Of a stretch of DNA of 5,614 nt, positions 1 through 5,614 are shown piece by piece; positions within the stretch are counted from its first letter, which is position 1, and each line of letters starts with the position of its first letter. The stretch is taken from positions 639,097-644,710 of the forward strand of contig JAWQFM010000033.1 of NCBI GenBank assembly GCA_033442325.1, read 5' to 3'. This stretch comes from Salpingoeca rosetta (Eukaryota > Protista > Choanoflagellata). Both the position numbers and the translations under genes were made by a program. The notes under the pieces were generated by a model. That model worked only from the letters and a program-made list of their open reading frames with translations, searched no databases and was not told where the DNA came from.

Positions 1-24
1 TTGTTCACATCACTTCTCATCACC

Positions 25-50
25 GACAACGACAACGACAATGCGACAAC
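25..50. repeat. Short (GACAAC)n hexamer repeat
   Basis: gacaac gacaac gacaat gc gacaac. Confidence 0.7.
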
Positions 51-90
51 GCAGAACGGCAGACTGACAGTCAATAGAACAGTCCTTCAA

Positions 91-150
91 ACACATACAC
101 GCACACACACACACACACACACACATCCCTCACATCCGCACACACACACA
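91..150. repeat. Imperfect (CA)n microsatellite downstream of the gene
   Basis: acacatacacgcacacacacacacacacacacacat...gcacacacacaca. Confidence 0.9.
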
Positions 151-248
151 TTCCATTTCTGTGCTCTGTTCACCGCAAAGCGCTATTCGTGATCACATAC
201 ATCACTGTAGCTTATGCAGTGTATTGCAGACACATATGGACGTGTAAG

Positions 249-276
249 AAAGCAAAGCAAAGCAAAGCAAAGCAAA
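249..276. repeat. (AAAGC)5 pentanucleotide microsatellite
   Basis: aaagc x5 followed by aaa. Confidence 0.95.
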
Positions 277-483
277 CAACAGCATCGTGTGCACATGCAC
301 ATGCACGCAAACACACTGTCCTCCACACGTCTTTCCCCCCCCCCCCTCTCTCTCCCTCCCTTACACGTGTAGACATGCACTCCCCGCGCAATTACAATCA
401 ATCACGCACATGCACACACATGCACACACACACACACACGAGCACATGGCTCCCTGTCTCCCAAGCGCGCGGAGACGTCGAGC

Positions 484-1301
484 TCAGTCGTACAGGGGGA
501 TGTCCTCGATGATGTTCTTGATGCGGCCCAGCAAATCACACGACTGCGGCAGCTTCGGGTTCATCCCGACCAGCACCACATGACCCTGCTGCTTCTCCTT
601 CTCCCCTTGCTTCCCCTCCCCTTGCTGCTGCTTGTGGTGGTGCTCGAGCTGTTTCAACGCGGCCAGCATGGCCTTCTTGGTTGCCCTGTGTGCCATCTGC
701 GGTGCCCTCTTGTAGAGTGCAGACCGGAGAACACACACGTAGAACATGGCGATCCAGTCATCCTCGATGTGACGTTCCACTCGCTCGTCACCAGCTGCAC
801 GGATGTGTGCTGACCGCTCAGGCAGGTCCGTACGAAGAGCAACCTCAGCCGGCTTGAGTTTGGCTGCCTTCATGACATCGGCGTCGCAGCCAGCCAGTTC
901 GAAGTCGATCAGAGAGGCTTTGTCGCCGCTCACGACCACATTGGCGCAGCGAATGTCATGGTGAACGAGACCAGCCGCTGACAGGAGAAACAAGCTGTTG
1001 CAGAGCTGCGCGACGTGCTGTTCGTGAATGTGAGCGCGGGTCGACCCGAGGTGGGGCACCGCAATCATCTGCGTGCCGTTGCCACTGCTGCTGAGGATGC
1101 TGCTGGTGGCGGTGTTGGTGGTGCTGCTCTTGCTGTTGGTGGCGGGGATGCGACTGCAAGCGCGTTGCCCGTTGACGTACTTCCACATGTTTTCAATCTC
1201 TTCAGCACGCAAGTCGCCAGCACGGTGCCCAGTCTTGATGAACTTGCACACGTATCCGCTGCCTTTGTTGGCGACGGAACTGAGCACTTTCGGTGCCTCT
1301 G
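484..1301 (-). CDS. Terminal exon: atypical Ser/Thr protein kinase-like domain (CR-kinase/FunK1-like)
   Basis: YVCKF beta3 Lys (1243-1245), EEIE putative alphaC Glu, catalytic loop HHDIRCAN (940-963), LIDFE (DFE at 898-906), HIEDDWIAMFYV alphaF-like motif (736-771), stop TGA 486-484. Tandem acceptor tgtCAGCAG gives an exon start at 1301 or 1298. Confidence 0.88.
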
Positions 1302-4300
1302 CTGACAGCACAGCGATAAGCACAACCAGCATCATGTGAATCACGCCACACACCAGCACAGGCACGGGCGCAATGGTGCATACAGCGCTGCACAGCGACC
1401 GCCTTTCAACCACACACACACACGCACACAGACAGAAGCAGAGAGAAATGGCAGAGAGACAGGCGCATGCATGCACACACACACACACATGCACACACAC
1501 ATACACACGCAGGCACACACACACACATACAGACGCAGACAAGCAAACAGCAAACAACACACCTTTGCCGCTGTTGGGGTTGAAGTGCAGCACATGGGGC
1601 TTCATGACATTCAGCGCAAAGTCGCTGCCATGCTTGGTGTTCTGCTTGATGGCGTGGGCGTACTTTGCGTGGAGGAAGCCCGCAAAGCAGGAAATGGCCA
1701 GAGCAGCATGCCCAATGTTCGTCGTTGGCATGGAAAGGATGTTGTGGGCAACCACCTTCACCACTCCACCGGCGTTGGCCACCATAAACTCCACCACGGT
1801 GGTCTGCACCGGGCTGACACGCAGCCCAAACATCGCCAGCCCAGCGAGCAGCGGCAGCTTCTCCAGAGGCACGTGCTCGCCTGCAATGCGGTGCACGTTC
1901 GCCACAATCGCGTGGTGCGCGTACGCTGCCAACTGGCCAAGCGAGTCAGCATCCTCGCCTAGCTTGAGCTCAAACACGGCCCCTATTGTGTTTGTGTGCA
2001 GGTCCACCATCACAATGTCTATTTTGGGGCGGGTGCCTGGCTTGAACCTGGCCAACGCAAGGCGGCAAGCGCGACAAGAGCACGGGCAGGTTCCCTGTAA
2101 GAAGCCGGCATTCGCAGCACCACAAGCATCACAGGGCACGCGAGGAGAGCGGGAAAAAAGGAGGACACAGCAAACACCCCTCCAACGACTGAGCACAACA
2201 TGCACCGCACAACGTACGTCATGATTGGGACCTCACTCGGGAACATGACCCAGGCTCCGAGGCGCAAAGCCATGGCGTTGAGGTGCTGAGCGATATCGGT
2301 ACGCATCTCCGCTTCGTTGGCCCATCCTGTTGTCAGCAGTTCTTGTGAAGACACAGCTGCAAGCACGCTTACTGTGATTTGATGTTATGTGCATGTGTGT
2401 TGGCAGGGGTGAGATGCAAACGTGCACACATTGCACGATGGTGTCATCACAATCACATCTCACATCACAACCCCTCATGTGCGCTTGCGCACACATCGGC
2501 AATACACGACCAAACACCACATGATGATGACAACGTTGACAAACGCTCCAAGGCCCAGTACACGTGTCTGCACGTGCACTTGAAACTGAAAGCAGTGCAA
2601 ACACAGGCAACAACAGTCTTCGCCACGTCCTTACCTTGTGGCAGGTCAAGCGTCACTCGGTCCTCGCGGGGGCGGTGTGGGTCGGCGCTGGAGACCAGCA
2701 GCTGTTCGATTTCGTGAATCTTTGCAATCACTGCTTGTGGCGTGATGTCATCAGCCTTCAGCTCAAACTGGAAACGCGATAACAAGCACGCATGCACACA
2801 CGCACACATGCACATACACACGAGTGTGTTGACACAAAGGCGTGCGGGACGGGCGGTTGGTGAGAGGCATAGGGAGGAGTGCACATATGGCGGCACGTCG
2901 TGTAGTGGTGAGTGGTGATGATAATGACACCAAGCACATGACACACACACACACACACACAAGCACACAGTCGCACACAAAAAAGCACATGCACGCACCT
3001 ACATACACGTACACAAATACACACGCACACGCACAGAAATGAGCACAGCACTACTGTTCCACCAGCACCGCCCGCACACACAGCGCAGCGGCGACGGATG
3101 TCATTGCATTGCAGCACCTGTTTCGCGAGTGGCTCTCGCCATATGTCGGTGAAGAACTGGGCATTGTCCGGCCAGTAGACGAGATACGGGTTCTTCTCGG
3201 GCTTGGTGATGCTGCTTGGTGGCGTCATGAAGAAGAATTCTGCACACACACACACACATAGCAGTGCAATCAGCGCGCATGAGGGGCGGAGAAGTGTCAA
3301 AACAAGCGTGAATGTGTCGCATGCGTGACTATGGTGGTGGAGGCTACCAATACAAATGCCAACGACAGTAACTGTGACACAGTGACAAAGGCAGCTATAA
3401 TTGCAGTGACAGTGATAGTGGCAGTGACAACGACGATACAAGCAAACGTGTTGTGCGCTGTGTGACATCAACGCAAAACGTCATGCACATACAAACACAC
3501 GCGCAAACAGGTGCACACATGCCCGTGTGTCATCAAGACAACCAAAACAAGCAGGGCCGTCTTCATCACCACATCCGCACGACAACACACAAAGAGGTGG
3601 ATGACAGCATACCGTCTCTGATCTCGGCGGGTGAGCTGATCTTCTTCTCCGCAACGCGCTTCTCGATATCTTGGAGAGCAGATAAAGTGATAGTGGCCAG
3701 TCGGGGCGGGCCAGCGGCGGCGGGCACAAGGCCGGCCTCCCACGCTGTCGCCAGGGCGTCGTCCACCACCTGTGACACCACAGTCCACCGGTGCTCGGCA
3801 CTTGTGGTGTGTGGCAGCGGCTCACCTGCCGCCTGCAGCAATGTCGTCAACGCGCGCACCCACACTTTGTGTTGCTGTTGCTGCCACTTCTTCCTCTCTT
3901 CCTCTCCCTTCTTCCTCTCCTCCTCCATCTGCTTGCGCCATATCTTCTTTTTTTCCTCAAGCAGGGCCAATTCCCGCTCTTTCTCTTTCACCTTCATCTC
4001 CGCCGCTGCAACCGCTTCTTCGTTGCCGGGTCCTGTCAGTTCTGCCCTCAATCTTTCATGCCGTGCATTGCCGATCTCGCCTTTCTTGTCATTGATGCGT
4101 TTCTTGAATAGGTCTTCGTCCTCCTTCACTTGCTCGGCATCGCGCTTCACCCTCTCCATCTCCGCCTTCATCCTCTCCACCTGTGCCTGCGCATGCATCG
4201 CCCTGATCTCGTCATGTCCCGCCTTTAAAGCGGCAAGCTGTTGTTGTGCGGCCTGCAAGTCATCTTCCAGTTCTCGCAGCACGCACTGCATTTTGACGTA

Positions 4301-5614
4301 CTCTGAACTGTCTTCATCCAGGGCCCATCTCTCCAGCAGATGGAGCATGTCATCTCCCCTGTTGCTGCCGCTGCTGCTGCTGCTGCTGCTGCCTTGCTGC
4401 TGCGCGCATACTTGCAACTGCGTAATGGTCGCAAACTGCGTGACTGCCTCCGTTATGATGGACGCCTGTGTATGACGGTGGTGTTGTGACGGTGGGGTAA
4501 GAGGTGATACCAGTCTGTGGCGGGGGGTGTGAGGGGGTGGGGGATTCGGTTGCTGCATCGCAAGGCAGTGCTGTGTCAATGTGCTTTTGTGCATGCGCAA
4601 TTGCAGAACCTTGGAGGCCACGCGGGTTTCAGTTCGCTTCAAGTCTCTCTGAAAAGAAAAGACGGGGGTGGATATTATGCACGAGAACATGAGGTGGGTG
4701 CGGGTATGAGCAACATCGTGGCGGAAGCCGAAATCACAGCACGTGTTGTGGTGATTGCACCGTGGTGGTGGTGGTGGTGGTGGTTGCGACGATGGTGATG
4801 GTTGGTGGCTGCGGTGGTTGTTGCTGTCTGTGGTGACTGTGGTCGGTGGTTGACGTACCTGTTTCTGGCTGTTGCGTGAAGCCAGCTGGTGTCGACAGAA
4901 CGGCGTTGTGGTGGTTGAAACGGGTTGGGCAGAGAGTGTGGGTGAGTACAGGAGCACAGAGGGTGAATGCAAACACTACACACACAAGCGCACACAAGCA
5001 GCTGTGTTGCAGAGGAGAAATGATAACGGCACTGTGGTGGTGGTGGCTGCATTTGTTGCGGTGGTTGTTGCTGTCTGTGGTGACTGTGGTCGGTGGTTGC
5101 CGTACCGCGCTGTTGCGTGAAGCCTGCTGGTGTCGACAGAACGGCGTTGTGGTGGTTGAAAGAGGTTAGGCAGAGAGTGTGGGTGAGCACAGAGGGTGAA
5201 TGCAAACATCACACACACACACACACACACACACAAGCAGCTGTGTAGCAGCGGAGCAATGATAACGGCACTGTGGTGGTGGCTGCACTGTGGCGGCGTC
5301 GATAGTGATGCTGGTCTGCTTCTGCTGGCAGGACGAACACGTGTATCATGCAATCCAGCTTGTACTCGACAGACCATTAACACCTGCTGTTTCCGCTTAC
5401 CCTTGAGCAGGCCTGCTTATGTGCAACAGCACACAATTCAAGGAACGACACGCACAGAGCAGACAGAAAGCAAGGAACATGTTGTGTTGTGTTTGAATGA
5501 GATGCAATGGGCAGGGGAGTGTGTGTGTGTGTGTGCTGTGGCCAAGTGAACGTGCAACACAGCAGCATGGTCGCATTCCTTTGTACGTACTGCGTTGAAT
5601 GTCGCAGACCTCAT
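484..5614 (-). CDS. Multi-exon gene: coiled coil + PD-(D/E)xK (REase-like) nuclease + atypical protein kinase; Crinkler/CR-effector-like architecture. Proposed join (minus strand): 5614-5591, 5412-5401, 5126-5106, 4885-4859, 4648-4610, 4465-3613, 3239-3118, 2767-2635, 2356-2218, 2047-1563, 1301-484 (about 890 aa)
   Basis: Manual splicing of five separate ORF-track fragments via GT..AG introns with matching phases. Core six exons total 2550 nt (divisible by 3) and end in TGA at 486-484. Nuclease and kinase motifs are in frame. The five 5' micro-exons are tentative; an alternative start is the in-frame ATG at 4348 (MLHLLERW). Confidence 0.8.
1302..1562 (-). other. Spliceosomal intron (261 nt, phase 1, TG-repeat rich) at the nuclease/kinase boundary
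   Basis: GTGTGT...CAG; translates as low-complexity CVCVC in the ORF track; length is a multiple of 3 with no in-frame stop. Confidence 0.8.
1471..1530. repeat. Imperfect (CA)n microsatellite in intron
   Basis: atgcacacacacacacacatgcacacacacatacacacgcaggcacacacacacacatac. Confidence 0.9.
1563..2047 (-). CDS. Exon carrying the catalytic core of a PD-(D/E)xK endonuclease-like domain
   Basis: KIDIVMVD (Asp at 2017-2019), AVFELK (1963-1971) and GQLAAY (QxxxY, 1921-1935), followed by alternating hydrophobic strands. Acceptor ttggccAG at 2048-2050 (phase 2); donor AAAG|GTGTGT at 1562 (phase 1). Confidence 0.85.
2048..2217 (-). other. Spliceosomal intron (170 nt, phase 2)
   Basis: GTACGT...CCAG; removal joins the two halves of the nuclease domain in frame. 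Confidence 0.8.
2218..2356 (-). CDS. Exon encoding the N-terminal helix and first strand of the REase-like domain (VSSQELLTTGWANEAEMRTDIAQHLNAMALRLGAWVMFPSEVPIMT)
   Basis: Acceptor cttgcAG (2357-2359, phase 1); donor AC|GTACGT at 2217 (phase 2) matches the next acceptor, giving SEVPIMT-FKPGTRPKIDIV. Confidence 0.8.
2357..2634 (-). other. Spliceosomal intron (278 nt, phase 1)
   Basis: GTAAGG...TGCAG with matching phases. Confidence 0.8.
2635..2767 (-). CDS. Internal exon (FELKADDITPQAVIAKIHEIEQLLVSSADPHRPREDRVTLDLPQ)
   Basis: Acceptor tttccAG (2768-2770, phase 0); strong donor AAG|GTAAGG at 2634 (phase 1). Protein-like composition between TG-repeat introns. Confidence 0.8.
2768..3117 (-). 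other. Spliceosomal intron (350 nt, phase 0)
   Basis: GTGCTG...TTCCAG; contains TG microsatellites (e.g. 2941-2961). Confidence 0.75.
3118..3239 (-). CDS. Internal exon (EFFFMTPPSSITKPEKNPYLVYWPDNAQFFTDIWREPLAKQ)
   Basis: Acceptor (tg)n-tgcAG (3240-3242, phase 1); donor CAG|GTGCTG at 3117 (phase 0). Confidence 0.78.
3240..3612 (-). other. Spliceosomal intron (373 nt, phase 1)
   Basis: GTATGC...(TG)n CAG with matching phases. Confidence 0.78.
3613..4465 (-). CDS. Large exon encoding a Ser-rich patch, an E/K/R/Q-rich coiled coil (about 3872-4291) and a helical linker
   Basis: Part of ORF 3566..4972; highly charged helical sequence (LRELEDDLQAAQQQLAAL...KEKERELALLEEKKK...EEERKKGEEERKKW). Donor ACG|GTATGC at 3612 (phase 1). 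The 5' boundary (acceptor cacAG at 4466-4468) is less certain. Confidence 0.8.
4610..4648 (-). CDS. Putative 39-nt exon (RDLKRTETRVASK)
   Basis: Strong polypyrimidine acceptor cttttcttttcAG at 4649-4651; weaker donor AAG|GTTCTG at 4609; phase 0/0. Confidence 0.45.
4762..4784. repeat. (GGT)n/(CAC)n trinucleotide run
   Basis: gtggtggtggtggtggtggtggt. Confidence 0.85.
4859..4885 (-). CDS. Putative 27-nt micro-exon (LASRNSQKQ)
   Basis: Acceptor caccAG at 4886-4888; strong donor CAG|GTACGT at 4858; phase 0/0. Confidence 0.45.
5106..5126 (-). CDS. Putative 21-nt micro-exon (QASRNSA), paralogous to 4859-4885
   Basis: Acceptor caccAG(CAG) at 5127-5129; donor GCG|GTACGG at 5105; lies in the second copy of the tandem duplication. 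Confidence 0.35.
5210..5235. repeat. (CA)13 microsatellite
   Basis: Perfect CA run, longer than the interrupted counterpart near 4978-4995 in the other duplicate copy. Confidence 0.9.
5401..5412 (-). CDS. Putative 12-nt micro-exon (ACSR)
   Basis: Acceptor aagcAG at 5413-5415; strong donor AGG|GTAAGC at 5400; phase 0/0. The exon's 5' boundary is uncertain. Confidence 0.3.
5591..5614 (-). CDS. Putative first coding exon (MRSATFNA)
   Basis: ATG at 5614-5612, 24 nt open, then donor GCA|GTACGT at 5590 (phase 0). Upstream context lies outside the window. Confidence 0.45.

Larger units (their letters stand above)
4811..5287. repeat. Direct tandem duplication, two copies of about 230-240 bp (4811-5051 and 5058-5287)
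   Basis: Shared blocks: gcggtggttgttgctgtctgtggtgactgtggtcggtggttg; gctgttgcgtgaagcc; gctggtgtcgacagaacggcgttgtggtggttgaaa; ggcagagagtgtgggtgag; gcacagagggtgaatgcaaaca; cacacaagcagctgtgt; aatgataacggcactgtggtggtgg. Confidence 0.95.

Noticed and set aside
1-583. Small His/Thr- or Cys/Val-rich ORFs in the 3' flank
   Set aside because: Products of CA/TG microsatellites; probably 3' UTR or intergenic sequence.
1302-1562. Hydrophobic CVCVC stretch as transmembrane helices
   Set aside because: It is the translation of an intronic TG microsatellite bounded by good splice sites.
2048-2205. N-terminal Cys-rich part of ORF 484..2205 (CDACG...CPCSCRAC) as a zinc finger
   Set aside because: It lies inside the 2048-2217 intron. 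The alternative acceptor at 2095-2097 is phase 0 and incompatible with the upstream phase-2 donor.
2756-2767. Second FELK motif as another nuclease active site
   Set aside because: No preceding (P)D strand and no following QxxxY; likely coincidental.
3770-3825. Possible 56-nt intron (CAG|GTGAGC...CACAG) within the coiled-coil exon
   Set aside because: Donor is phase 1 and acceptor phase 0, so removal would frameshift; read-through is open.
3453-4475. 340-aa plus-strand ORF, and plus-strand ORFs 1373..2224 and 1336..1962
   Set aside because: Antisense shadows of the minus-strand coding exons (Ser/Phe-rich mirror of a coiled coil; His/Thr repeats), with no recognisable motifs.
4811-5287. Duplication as LTRs or a CRISPR-like array
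   Set aside because: Only two adjacent copies, with no internal element, no spacers, and no evident target-site duplication or transposase/RT.

Overview
Eukaryotic genomic DNA with microsatellite-laden (CA/TG) introns of about 140-370 nt. The style resembles the choanoflagellate Salpingoeca rosetta, but that assignment is inference only. Almost the whole window is one spliced minus-strand gene that the ORF track breaks into pieces. Six core exons (4465-3613, 3239-3118, 2767-2635, 2356-2218, 2047-1563, 1301-484) join through GT..AG introns with matching phases into one open frame of 2550 nt ending in TGA at 486-484. Five tentative phase-0 micro-exons extend it to an ATG at the last bases of the window (5614-5612), giving about 890 aa. 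The protein reads: long coiled coil, then an unknown linker domain, then a PD-(D/E)xK restriction-endonuclease-like domain with apparently intact motifs (E..ID..ELK..QxxxY), then an atypical protein kinase domain (VCK, HHDIRCAN, DFE, DDW). This nuclease+kinase pairing resembles Crinkler/RHS (CR)-type eukaryotic effectors and FunK1-like kinases. A roughly 240-bp tandem duplication near the 5' end seems to have duplicated a micro-exon. Most other ORFs in the track are microsatellite or antisense artefacts.
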